Assembly: GCA_965207375.1 (NCBI GenBank)
Contig: CBDBMG010000003.1
Coordinates: forward strand, 480,001-544,000
Direction: 5' to 3'
DNA: 64,000 nt
From: Nitrosopumilaceae archaeon
Lineage (GTDB): Archaea > Thermoproteota > Nitrososphaeria > Nitrososphaerales > Nitrosopumilaceae
Below are positions 28,701 through 41,600 of this stretch, one piece after another. Numbering within the stretch: position 1 is the stretch's first letter; every line of letters starts with the position of its first letter. The translations under genes were made by a program, and so were the position numbers. The notes beneath the pieces are model-generated. The model saw nothing but the letters and a program-made list of their open reading frames with translations. It searched no databases and was not told the origin of the DNA.

Positions 28701-29110
28701 CAGTATATAGCATACAGTATATAGCTAGCTATGAGGCTACACAGTGACACACTGTCACCATACAGTATATAGCTAGCTATGAGGCTACACAGTGACACAC
28801 TGTCACCATACAGTATATAGCTAGCTATGAGGCTACACAGTGACACACTGTCACCATACAGTATATAGCTAGCTATGAGGCTACACTGTGACACACTGTC
28901 ACCATACAGTATATAGTATATAGCTGATGAGGCTACACTGTGACATACTGTCACCATACAGTATATAGCTAGCTATGCATGAGGCTACACAGTGATACAC
29001 TGTCACCATACAGTATATAGCTAGCTATGAGGCTACACAGTGACACATGCACTATCACCATGCGTATATATAGCTATGAGGTTACACAGTTACATGCACA
29101 CTGCCACCAC
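19734..29110. repeat. 48-bp minisatellite array, ~9.3 kb (roughly 190 units)
   Basis: Unit TATGAGGCTACACAGTGACACACTGTCACCATACAGTATATAGCTAGC, with 44/52-bp variants from AGCT slippage. Highly homogeneous to ~27640 and degenerate afterwards. Confidence 0.99.
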
Positions 29111-29431
29111 ATGCATGCATGCACATGCAGTATTGAAGAAAGCTTAGAAGATAGCTAACTATACGTATGTGAAATAGCAATTGAAAAAGGCTTATATAGT
29201 ATAAACAGCAAAGCGAATCAGCTAGCTAGTTGAAAACATGCATGCAATAGCTACAACATAATAGCTAGCTACAAATTTAGCTATATAGCTAGCTATACTG
29301 CATGCATGGCACGTGACATTATAAATTTTACATACTAGCTATCTAGCTATATAGCTAGCTACTTTTTATTATAGCTACAGCTAGCTATTAAATAGAGCTA
29401 TTACTATATACAGTGTAGCTATAATAGCTAT

Positions 29432-29461
29432 CAATATATATATATATATATATATATATAT
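29432..29461. repeat. (TA)n microsatellite
   Basis: Pure TA tract. Confidence 0.95.
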
Positions 29462-31103
29462 GGGTTATAGGCGGTTACGTGTAAGACCCCTAGCACGTGA
29501 TACTTTATAATTAATGATTGATCTGTATTGGAGCAGTATCGAGTAGTAGCTTTACGCTTTGACGATGGCAAGCACTAGTAGTGCATGACGAAGAATCTGA
29601 AGTTAAGCAGGCTGCAGATATGCTGATGAAAGCAGTGCAGAACTTTACTGGCGCGACAGCAGGCAGATCTGGCCGCTATGGTGTGAGTGACAACTCAAGC
29701 CCAGGCCGTCGACGTCGGCGACGAAGAAAACGCCTAAGAATTCAGTGTGATGATGAAAACCCATACAATGATGCCCAACCGGGACCGTCAGGAGCGAGGT
29801 TTGGAGTTATGACTCAGTCTGGCCACAGCAGCCCGGCTCGCAGCAGCCAGCTGCACTTCGCGACTCATTCATATCGTACTTCAACGAGAGGGGCAGTTAA
29901 TGCAACTGATGATAGTGTTAGTGTCACCGCTCAGCGGCAGCTGACGCAGGGAGACCAACCCCAGACATGTCAGCCGGTTCATATCCAGAAATTTCTGGCT
30001 ATGTGTGTGTATCAATAGAGGTTTTGATTTATATAGAAATTCAATGGTAATGGTACCCAAATTAAATGATAGTGGGCGTGTGCAGATATACACATATTAA
30101 AGACAACCTACTAATTGTATATTTCCTACTTAAGAAGCCATTAAGTAGTTTCCCATTCCGCCATACGACATAGCCACGAAATGTATGGGGATTGCTGGAT
30201 ATGTGTTGTGCAGAGTCAGAGGCAGGATTTAGTACGACACGCTCGGAACTTGACGGAGAATCCTGCAGGCTTAAGGCAGGAGCCTCAAGGCCAGCGGATC
30301 AGGGAACCTGTTGATTATAGTAATAGGCGTCCTGACGGTGGAAGCAATGGGAGCGGTTCGAGTGCTGATTTGATACCCAGAATGCGATAATGCGGCGGCA
30401 GGCTCAAAGGCGAGACTTGATTGTTCAAAGACCACCACCAGAAGCTACTAACCATGTATTGGAAGAACATAGTAAAATCTTCAAATTTCATCCATCGAAA
30501 CAATACACCATGCACAACATGCCGTAAGAAAGGAAAAGGACCAGCCACTAGATCTACATCATACTGGAAAAAGAATACTTTTTGTTTAGCTAACTGTAAA
30601 CAACAGTTAAAGCCTAATCCACAGGAGAAAATAGCCCTTGCAAAAATTGGGTTAGAAATCAAGTGCCTCCTTTTTAATCTTGAAGGGAATGCACATCATG
30701 TGCATGATATGATAATGAAGGAATGGCCAATACTAGAGAAATGTGAAGGCTATACGCTCCATCGCCTTGCAGAAAATTCACACTCTCATTGAAATTGAAC
30801 CTCCACTGAGTGGGCATATCAGTGTCCAATTTTTAAAAGCAATTCTTAACAACGCTACTTTGTACATCAGACCACTCCAATGTAGTATCTGTTATGATGA
30901 TATGAAACAACTTAGCCCTCTCCAGGTATGTAGCTATAATTATTGTATATAATTATCATCAGTATGGTGGAAGATTTGGTAATTCATTATTCAAGCATGA
31001 CTCAAATGATTCATCATGCTGCATGCCGGGATGAATCCAACTCATTAGCAACTTTAGATCTACCAAATTTTTGTTACCAAATTTAAGCTTTGCCCTGTAG
31101 CTA

Positions 31104-31570
31104 TAGGCTTGTGCCTATTGTGCTTTTAAAATTACCTATTATGCTTTGGAGCAATGCTCCAGAATTCTACCCATTATGCTCCATAAATCAACATTATGCT
31201 CACTAAATTCAACATTTACTTCCCTATCTTATCTTAATTACTTGTTTTTTAACATCTTCAATCTTCCTTGTACCTCCAAAGTGTAAAATTTCTTCCACAA
31301 TAGAGCTTTTCTACATAATTTTAATTATTTTTAGTGGCGCCTGATCTAGCATCTAAAAGTAGTTGTAAAAGTTGCTAAATTGAGCCTAGCAGTCTCCTTA
31401 AAGTACAGTATATATGTGTGTAATAATAACTTTGTGGATGTTATAAATGATTTGAGTATGTTGCATGGCGGCGTGCGCTAGAAATTTTGCCTATTATGCC
31501 AGCATTATACTCAATGCTTTGTAATGCCCATTATGCCCAAAATTATGCTGGCATAATCGGCGCAAGCCTA
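31104..31570. mobile_element. hAT-like MITE (TAGGCTTG..CAAGCCTA)
   Basis: TAGGCTTGTGCCTATTGTGC / GCATAATCGGCGCAAGCCTA, with ATTATGC subterminal repeats. Confidence 0.75.
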
Positions 31571-31949
31571 GCTAGCCCTGTAGCTAGCTAGTTAATGTTA
31601 ACTGGCCATAACGGCATAGCTATAGCTATAGCTATACATATAGCTATGTACGTATATGGGTTCCTATTACTATTTATAGCCATGAATATAGGTCAATATT
31701 TATGCATGCTTCATATATATAGCTAGAAGATGCATATGATGAGCCTTCTGATTTTTGTCGAAACTGCCCAAAGATGTTTACTTTACCGGATCTAAGAAGG
31801 CATGTTATGACAATCACATGCAATTGCCAAGAAGGGGAAAGCAGGTAAATGTGTAGCTAGCTATGTGTGATGTAAGGAGCTATAAAATGCTATGTAACAT
31901 TAGATCAAAGAAAACAGAGAGCATGTATAACACATATAGCACACCTAAG

Positions 31950-32048
31950 AATGCACTAATGAGAAATGGAGGGTGTATATAAAAAATATACACCCTGCTA
32001 GGAGGGTGTATATTTTTATATACACCCTCCATTTCTCATTAGTGCATT
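31950..32048. repeat. Near-perfect ~100-bp palindrome with nested hairpins
   Basis: AATGCACTAATGAGAAATGGAGGGTGTATATAAAAAATATACACCCT..AGGGTGTATATTTTTATATACACCCTCCATTTCTCATTAGTGCATT. Confidence 0.9.
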
Positions 32049-32090
32049 ATTTACATTACAAAAAGGTGTTGTTTACTATTAACATACAGT

Positions 32091-32717
32091 GCGCCATTTG
32101 TTTCAAAGTGATGTGCACTTTTGATTGGTTAATTTTTGCTAAAATACTGACTCAAATTTTGTAACACCAAAATACCGACTCGATTTTTGTACCACCGAAA
32201 AAACCGACTCAATTTTTTGTAACACCAAAAAATTGGCTAAATTTTGTTTAACTAGGTTTTTGTAGCAGCAAAACTGTATAACTACGAATTTTGTATAGCT
32301 AGCTACGTGGCGGTGTTTGTTGTAATTATTCAGCTTTGTGGCTATATAGCTGGTACGTAGCTAGCTAACTTATAGCTATATATAATTTTGTGTAAATATA
32401 GCTACTTATAACTATAGCTAGCTACATGCTGTATCGCGATATAATTATAGCTAATGGAGTCTCAATAAGTGGAATATCCACGGTCGCCATCTCCGATTTG
32501 TTCTGCTACTACGTTGACTTGGTCTTTAATTTTTGGCTATTACAAAATTGGTACTTGGGTATTGAAATTGAGTTGATTTTTTGTGTTGCAAAAATCGAGT
32601 CGATATTTTTATACAAGTACAAAAATCGACTCAATATTTTATGGCCACAAAATATCGAGTCGATTTTTTAGCAAAAATTGACCCATCAAAAGTGCAGTAA
32701 TTTGAAACAAATGGCGT
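32091..32717. mobile_element. Non-autonomous TIR element
   Basis: GCGCCATTTGTTTCAAA..GCACTTTTGAT / ATCAAAAGTGC..TTTGAAACAAATGGCG, with internal inverted CGACTC/GAGTCG repeats. Confidence 0.75.
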
Positions 32718-33778
32718 TCCATATTAATATGCATGTGATGTCATGTAAAGTGTGAATTAATTAGCATTTTTAGTTGTTTACTACAATGTGGATGAAAAAT
32801 AATCCATAAGATTCAGCATAATACGAGCCACAAGGCCAGGAATCAGCAAAAGAGCCAACAGAATCAAGGCATGCACATGCTTTCAAGCCTACATGACGAA
32901 TGCCATACACAGCAGTGCTGGTGCCGGTAACACGCTGTACAGCCGTCTTACAAGCCTTTGTTTAGTTAATGCTTCACTACCTTTTTACGATGTAGAAATT
33001 TACTCGTACCACAAATTTGCTGCCATTTAATTGCCCATTTTGCAGATAAGCTTGCCTAAAGCCATTTACTAATCACTAGAAATCGTTACCTTTGTTTTTA
33101 TGATGAAGGAACGATCCTGAATCCATCCTAACTGATTCGACTACAGCCTCAATTAACCTCACGTGACAATATATATTACTTGAGGGTGTGTCACATAACA
33201 GTTGTAACATGTGCACTCATGATTTGTCTGATATATCTGCACTCGCCCTGGGCGTCGTGCGTATATATCAGGCAAATCACTCGTGCCCATGTTACAACTA
33301 CGTATTACATAAGCTATAGGGTACTACATATAGCTTAAATTTATCCAGTTTATGAAGGTTAACTGAATGTAGGATTATAATTCAGCTACTTCAATTTGTT
33401 ACTTTCAATATTCTGTTGAGATAGCAACAAATATTAGATATTGGTATTTAGAAAATTCGAGAGGAATTTATAAGTGTGTATCTTACTGGTAACACTTATT
33501 GGCCATTGTTTTTAAATAACTATATTTAGACTATGGTGTGCATGATATGCCTTGATGTTTTAACATTAATTGGGCTTTTAAAATGTGATAGAGAACTTGC
33601 ACGAGGTTATTAAACCATTTAACTACTCAGGTGTGACACACAACGTTTTTCATTGACTAAATTCATTTCTATGGTAATTATGGCCTAGCCTATATATTGG
33701 TGAAGATAAGGTAAAAGGTATTAATAATTTTATATGATACAGAACCTTAGATTTGAATACAATATGATGTATACAAAG

Positions 33779-34121
33779 TAGTGTTGGGCGGTATCAATAT
33801 TTTACTTCTGGTATACGGTATTACAAATTCAAAATGGTATTCGGTATTCCACGGTATTTTAATCAAACACAACTAACATCTTATAGTGGGACAATGTGTT
33901 CAGTAAGTAAGCACGGTAGACAGTATAACATGTAATAATTTCACTACATGAAATATTAAAGTAGTATTAACACATATCACAAGACATGTGTTTTACTGTT
34001 TACCACCCTTTAATTAAACTGTCCCACTTTCGGTATTTGGTATCACTATCACTTTAAAGTAATACTGGTATTAACTTAATACCTTACCTAGCTAAAAATA
34101 CCAGTATACAGCCCAACACTA
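33779..34121. mobile_element. hAT MITE
   Basis: TAGTGTTGGGC / GCCCAACACTA with perfect 8-bp TSD ATACAAAG. Confidence 0.92.
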
Positions 34122-34946
34122 ATACAAAGACATGTATTGTTGGGATACTTCAGTGGATAAACAATCTGAAGGAATGACACAATGATCACTGAGGCGGAGC
34201 CAAGGCAATTCTTGTGTCAATCTTTCAGGTTGTTTATCCATTGAACTGTTTAGAAATGCTTTCAACACTTAAAAAATTAAGCAATAAATTTTTAAAGCCC
34301 CATTCCATTTCATTTTGGGTTTTATGGCTTCCCATGCTGTACTAGTGGTGGTCTTGTTTACTGTAATTCAACTAATTGTCTACTTGAAATGCTAGCTATA
34401 CATCTTGGAAGATCAGACCCACTTTGAGGGTGGTCTTGCATGGACCTGTTAACTTGTTGTTGCATAGCTAGTTACCTAATGGGATAGCAAGGAACAGTGT
34501 GCTAATGCTGAGTTATTCACAGCTATAGCTGCTTTTATGCTACGTACTTTAAGGTTCCTGGCTCCAAAAATGCTTCAAAGGCAGTCTGGCAATTGGCATG
34601 CATTTAGTAGAAATGCACTATGTGTGGTGTGCATTAATTAGATTTCAATGTTATGAATATTTATCTGGAAACCTGTGACGATCTGGGCTCTATTAAACCC
34701 CATTCCTGGGAACATGTGAAGAACAAGAGATTGTATGCATTGCTGCATGAACATGAAGCAAAATTTGTAAAAGAAAATATATATATCAAGCCATCTAAGA
34801 TCAAAGTTGAATATTACTATTAGAAAATGGTATGTTGGTATTACTTTGAAGTGCAAGGTGTCTTATTTACGAAGACAAGTCTCTTACGTATTTACTAATT
34901 ATATAAGACACTTGTTGACACTTTGGCTGACCACACAGGGTGTTAA

Positions 34947-35652
34947 CCCCTTCACGGCTGAATTTCTGACGAACTTTACAGTTCTTCAGAAAAACCATTA
35001 TATTAAATCAGCCACAGCATATAATTCCTAGAAACCATATATAAAATTGTTCCTTATGGACCAGGGAACCCATTAATGATCTCAGGCTAACCGCAAAGGT
35101 TACCACAAACTAGTTATCTAACCTCAAATGGTGAAAAAACTGTTTATATTACCCGAAAGTAGCATGCGGGTAACATTAGCCATCGTTCTGAACTAAAATA
35201 GAGTTAAACGGCCATTATACATCTACTGTATATAGCGCAATTAATAACAAACCTTGTTTTGTCTACTTTTCAGAGAAACAGTAGCATCACGCATGCGCAT
35301 AAACACACGTGGACTGTCACGCCACCACACGAAAAACCACCAAACAATCATCTTCAACCTTTCTATCACTTACTAAAGGCTTTATTAATACAATAACGAC
35401 TATTTAACCTAAGATTATACTTCAACTCGCTCTTTTTAGAACAAAAATAATTTACACGATTGCATAACATGCGCGCAATAGTCCGCGAAGGCACCGGTTA
35501 TCCTAGTAACCGTACCCCTATGGGCGTGACGATTTTAGAATAGGCGCATTGAACATTGAAACGCGTAAAGATACATGTCCGCAGGATTTAAGCATACAGC
35601 CGCGCGAGTTATAACCTCAAACCGCCATATGGCGGTTACGGCCATGAAAGGG
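34947..35652. mobile_element. piggyBac-type MITE
   Basis: TTAA|CCCCTTCACGGC ... GCCATGAAAGGG|TTAA. Confidence 0.85.
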
Positions 35653-37664
35653 TTAACATAATTAGTGCTGCCCACATGCAATCTTTTCAGTCAAATCATC
35701 AAAGCATTTTACAACCCTTTGAAATAAAACTGTCTTATTAATCGCTATAAAAGTAGTTCTTGGTCATCCATTTCACTGATATCCAAACCATTAGTGATTT
35801 GCAAGCCATTAGTAGTGATTTGCGTGATGTGCCGCGATAATCCATGCACTGCGATAGCCACTCTGTGGATTAACACCTGTCAGATGGGCTGCTATATTAT
35901 AGATTAATCATCAGGTCATTACGTTCTACAAATCCTATCGAAACAATAGGCTCGCGTCGAATCTGGCATGGCCAACTGAGCTTCTGTGGCTTGCCTCAGT
36001 TCTTACGCGCTAAACCGGGTAGCTAGCTAATAGGGTCGATGTACCACTTCTCTCAGCAGTCTTAGAACTAATTTATAATACGAAGGCTAATGAATAAGCT
36101 CCATTTTCTAAGAAACTAAGACACTAGGGCTAGCGATTTCATGGTATAAACACCTTCAGAGTCAGTGTTAGAATGACACAATAGAAACCGAGTCGGACCT
36201 CCTCTTTAGGCGTTTATACTACGAAATCGCTAGCTCTTAGTGTCTTACTTATATGTATCCATGGTCATATTTAGCACTATATGTATTTTCCTTTTCAGTG
36301 ATCACAACCCACACAGACAGCATTCCCACACAGACAGCATTCCCACCCAGTAGTTAATTAATTGTTAACACCTTTTTACATAAACAGCTGCAGGGGTGGA
36401 TTTTGGGTGGGCAAGGGGGCCAGTGCCCCCCTTCAGAAATGTTTTGTAGTAATGTTAACTGTACTTGTAACAGCATGAAAACCCTACCTATGTAAGTAAG
36501 TTTAATCATTTCAGAGTTTATATACACATCACTCTCTGCATTATTGCTTGGGTAATCAAAAAATCATCTTTTACATGCATCCCTTCTCGCAAAAACAGTG
36601 GTGGGATTGATGAAGACTTTTCATGTCTTTCGGATAGTAGAAATAGTGATAAAGAGGAGGATGACAGGTATAGGTATGTTTGTACAAAATAAATTACATA
36701 GCTACATATAGTTGTTGGTGTAATGTTTTAGTCCAGCAACAGTAATAAGTTTATCAGATAGTGCAGATGAGTGTGATTGGGAAGGTGATGTAGCAGTTCA
36801 GCGGTGTCTAGAAGAGTCTTTACAGAAAGAAGTGGTTAATGAAAGGTACGTAGCTGGATAACATGAAAACATGTAATTGTTTTAGGGGGAAACTGCTTAG
36901 TAAACAATTCAATATTTGCATGGAAGTCTAAGTGTCACTTGTGTTTTTCCGGACTATTGTACTCATTAACACAGTATTATATTTTATGCAACTATGTATG
37001 TAACTATACTATTAAATTTCATCTCCACATACGTAGCTGACAAAAATGTAAGATCTTGACCTCAACATTTCTTTCTGATGCAAGCATGACCTTGTGTGTG
37101 GGCAGATTAGATACGTACTACTGCTACTAATTTTATTATATTAATGGCAAAATGTATCCAATACCCAGCTAACGATATCTATATTTGCTATAACTCCAAT
37201 TTACATGAATTAACATTTTACAGGTCAAAGTTGACTGTTGATAAAATTATCTCAGACCACCACAGACACAAAATTAACAATAACAGAATATGGCGCATCA
37301 CTGTAAGGCGGCAAAACATCTTTGAGGATATGATGAGAGCAATGGAAGGGTGTGTGGACTCAGAAGGAAAGTACCTGGATGTTAGATTTCTTGCTGAGCC
37401 AGCTATAGATGAAGGTGGGCTGACCAGAGAATTTCTGTTGACACTAATGGTTTGTATTTGGATGGTGCTCCTGGTCATCGTATTCCAAGACACAACGCTA
37501 TTGCAGTTCAGGTATAGTTAATAAATAATAATCAGTTGGCTTAATTGCTCTAGTTAGGTAGTGAACAGTGTGGCAGCACAGTTATGTTCACTAATAATTT
37601 ATTTTTAGTGATGTTCACTAATATTCATTAGTTAATTCTCTAAACATCAGTGAACATCACTATG

Positions 37665-37760
37665 CTACCACTGTGCTCTGTCACTGTGCTCTGCCACTGT
37701 GCTCTGCCACTGTGCTCTGCCACTGTGCTCTGCCACTGTGCTCTGCCACTGTGCTCAGCC
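37665..37760. repeat. 13-bp tandem repeat (CCACTGTGCTCTG) x~7
   Basis: Directly visible tandem copies. Confidence 0.95.
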
Positions 37761-38052
37761 GGTGTGTGCCTGGTTTCTTAAAATCCGCCCCTAAGCTATT
37801 AAAAACTATCCATGTGAAATGAAGCTGAATAACTGGCTAATCAAGTTTTTCACTCCTTTTCAGTTTCAGCATTTGCCATTGATACAATTGATGAGCGTGG
37901 CCTTAGTAACAAAGTGAGTTGTGAGTTACTGCCAAAGAAGACACTGTATCAGTAGTTCACTTAACAATTTTACTAGCCTGTAATTATTTACAAGATGAAG
38001 CATTTTAGTTTTAAAAGTGGGTGTGCCATGTGGGTTGTGAAACGTTTCATAC

Positions 38053-38600
38053 CGTATAGTGGGTTATTTTCCTAGGTGCAAATTTTCCAGAATTTCCTGA
38101 ATGGGCTCACAACTCAGGAAAATTTATGCTGAGCAATTTCTATAGTTCGGTTGTGGGTTTGGTGTTGCATTTGCACATTTAATGCAAACACTACACAGCA
38201 AGGAAAACAGACACTATAACCTTAGGCAGGCACAGCAACTGCGAATGAATAGTCAGTACATTTGGCTCACTTATTAGCAAATATGGAAAAGTAGCTACTG
38301 TTGCTGGAGTCCACACAGGTCTGTATACATGTTATCTACACACCAAGATCTACACACACGGACTGAAGACTCCAGCTGGATAGCTATATACAGTGAATCG
38401 AAGGTAGCTCCGCATTGTGAGTGGAAGCTGTGTGACACGAACTAGCTACAAAGAATCCATTAAACATTGCGGAATTTTGATCGTGTGAACTCACGCGGGT
38501 GCCAGGTTTGTGAATTTCTAAATTGGGAAAATTTCTACTAAAGCTGAAGGTTCACCATTTGGAAAAAAATTACACCTAGGGAAAATAAGCTGTTATATGG
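38053..38600. mobile_element. Tc1/mariner-type MITE (TA|CCGTA family) nested in a HINE-like repeat (~37760-38852)
   Basis: TACCGTATAGTGGGTTATTTTCCTAGGTG / CACCTAGGGAAAATAAGCTGTTATATGGTA. Confidence 0.75.
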
Positions 38601-41600
38601 TAGAAGACTGGCTTATAGGGGTATTACAGTAATTTTAAAACAGCTACTACTGTAAAATAGTTGTATCACTAGTTAATGTATGGGAGTATAAAGCCATTTT
38701 AAACTTAAAGTTTAAATGTGTAGCTATGTGTTGCTATGTGTTCCTTAGTGATGAGTCTGCTCACGTGACTTTATATTAATAGGATAGTAATTATGGTGTT
38801 TTCTTAACAGGTAACAGTAATCTAACTTATACAGCACCCGGCCTGGTTTTTAGATATTAGGACATCAACTTGTTTTTACAGTGTATGTACTCCCTATGAG
38901 ACAAGTTAAACAGTTAACATAATAATTTATGTATATAAACCAATGTGTTTATTGCATAAAATGATAAACCACACAGGTCTATATTGTAAGCCAGGAGAAA
39001 ATGATGGGTCAAAATATACTTGTGTCAGTAAAGAGGGGGCGAGACCTCTGCTTAATATTGTCAATAATACTCACTTGGGTGTTATCTTTGTATAGGATAA
39101 GCTTTTTGAGAAGATAGGCAAGATGATAGCAATGTCTGTCATACATGGTGGACCTGGGCCAACTTTCTTTGCATCTGCAGTTGTTGATTATTTAATAGGA
39201 GGAAGAATATCTTCAATCAAACCTGATTTGTCTGACATTCCAGATTTTGAAATACAATCCAAAATAACAATGGTATGTAGCTATATGTAGCTAACATTCA
39301 TGCACTATGAGTAATTGTGATTACCCAAAGCTGTCTGAGGTGTAATAACAAAGATATCCTAGATAGGCCAGTACTCTTTTGCTAATCCCCTCCCTCCTAC
39401 CACTAAGCATACTCTGAAAATGTTGGTGTCATGTGATCATATCAGTTTTCTATATCAACATTTCTCAAGCAAGTGTACATACAATTATACTCCCCCCCCC
39501 AACCATACTGTTTGTGGACTTGCATAAAGGCTGAAAAATTGTAAATGACCTTAAGAATACTTCTACCCTAGTGCATGGGGAGATCAAAGATAAAACTGGT
39601 AATATATGGTAGTTAAACCCTATGGTATAACACATTAAGTTATTGTTTACTCAAAATGTACTTGCATGCATTTCAATAGGTTTTTAACACAATGTTTTGA
39701 TAAAAACATGATAGATCAAAGCATGGGATAGAAAGTTTTGAAGTTCTCTGACATTACTATATACTCTAATAGAGCAGTCATCATGTTCTAATAAATCATT
39801 CACTTTTTAATGTAACATAACAGTCTTACCTTATTCACTGATTGTGCGTGAACTGGAGAAAGGTTTAACATTTGTGTTGACTCATGTAGCCACCACTGTT
39901 CTTAAACCTGGGCACTGCGCAAGGGCTCATCAAACAAATACCTGTATTTAAATGACCGATGCTTTGCCAGTTATTGTCAGTGATGTTTAAAATATGATAC
40001 GTTAAATATAATTAACATGAATTAAGTAGTTTTTTGTTGTTCTTACATTTCCATCCATACTCTTCACACCACATAAATGCAAATTATCTGGTGACTGGCT
40101 TGAAAAACTTGATTATGAATCATACTGGTAAAATGAAAATATATACATAGATATTGACTGATGGGACAATTTGGGTGATTAATTTTGCAATATAGCTAGA
40201 AAGATATTTCATAGCCATTTTTAAGTGCATGCAGGTACTGCATAATGTAATATTAATGTCAGAAAGCTTTATAAACCTTATTAGTGAAGGAGCAATGAAT
40301 TAATAAACAAACCTGGGATGCTTTTATAATTTGTTGTATTGTAACAATTTTTGACAAAGGTTTATTTCACATTTAGTTACAGAAAAGCCAAAACAAACAA
40401 GAATTCGAAACTCTTTTATCTTCAAAAGAATACGAAGAGTTATTAAAAGCTTGTGGAATTTATGGTACCAGATACTATTTTGAAAAGAAAAGATCATCCG
40501 TGCACTATTACTCCATTTTTCCATTGGTACATGCATAGTGGAACTTGATCAAATAAGAAAGGGGTTATCTTGCCTCCATTTTGACAGTTTGATCAAAAGC
40601 TACCCACAAATCATCAAAGCTGAAGTGTTTATGCCTCCACTTATTTTTTTAACTGCAAATTACATACAAGATAAATTTCAACCCGATCTATCTTCATTGG
40701 GGAGCACTAAGCGTCACCTAGAAGAGGCCATCATAATGTGTTGGATACAATATTTGCAGCATGTTGAAGGTACATAAACTACCTTTATAGAAACTTGGTG
40801 TTTCATTAATTGTGTTGTCTATTGTTTAGCCCTAGGTGAGCAAGCGTCACCATTGTTAAAAGATATTATGATCTTTTTGACTGGATGCGATTCAATTCCA
40901 CCTCTAGGATTCAATACAAGTCCCACGATTGAGTTTACTAATGAAGATCAACTTCCAATCTCATCAACCTGCTCCTTAACCTTGACTTTTTCTAGAAAAA
41001 TTAAAACCGAGTTCAATGATTTTAAAGAAGTAATGGATTTTGCTGTGCTAGGTTCAGAGGGTTTTGGCCAAGTTTGACATTAAAACTAGACACATCTACA
41101 TAGGTTAGCTAGCTATATATATTGATTAGCTATTGTATTTAAGTGGATTACATAAATAGTATCACAATCATCATAATTATATATACCCTTTGCTTATGGT
41201 ATCTTACTGACATTTATGCTGATTAATTAGTCTACCATGGTAGTGATGATGCAATACCAATTTTTGATCTGGCTTCTTGTTTGTTTGACTATGCTGTAGC
41301 TACTTGTAGTGCATGCTCAGTGCAGGAGCAGCTGAACTTACTCAAAGTTGTAGGGGCACAATTAACTAACAAGACACATTTCTATTGTGAAAAACTAAAT
41401 TCCTATGAACACTTATAAATTTTGTGTGGGCACGTGCCCCCAGTGCCCCTCTGGTTCCGCCACCTATGGGTCAATGGAGTTATATCCCTATAACTGCTAC
41501 CGTATATTCCAAATTGTTCAAGGTGAAAAATTTTATGGATGGATAAGGTACTGAAAATTCATTCCAGTGAAGTTTTAATGAAAATGTTCTCATGTGCATG

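Larger units (their letters stand above)
29565..41077 (+). pseudogene. HECT-domain E3 ubiquitin ligase (G2E3-like HECT type), multi-exon, frameshifted
   Basis: Exons at ~29565-29970; 30213-30926 (WKKNTFCLA..LYIRPLQ); ~31726-31845 (CRNCPKMFTLPDLRRH Zn-finger-like); ~36599-36668; 36732-36845; 37223-37511 (VRRQNIFED..VRFLAEPAIDEGGLTREFL); 39097-39272 (IGKMIAMSVIHGGPGPTFF); ~40484-40769 (ELDQIRKGL); 40830-41077 (IFLTGCDSIPPLGF..LPISSTCSLTL..SEGFGQV*, catalytic Cys retained). Frameshifts near 29580, 30380, 30525, 30786 and 37450. Confidence 0.85.

Noticed and set aside
19598-28957. Many minus-strand ORFs encoding (SLCSLIASYILYGDSV)n
   Set aside because: Artefact of a 48-bp unit that lacks stops in one frame. 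It is broken repeatedly by 4-bp AGCT slips, so it is not under coding constraint.
19734-29110. CRISPR-like array with palindromic repeat
   Set aside because: No unique spacers, no cas genes, and a eukaryotic context. It is a head-to-tail tandem repeat.
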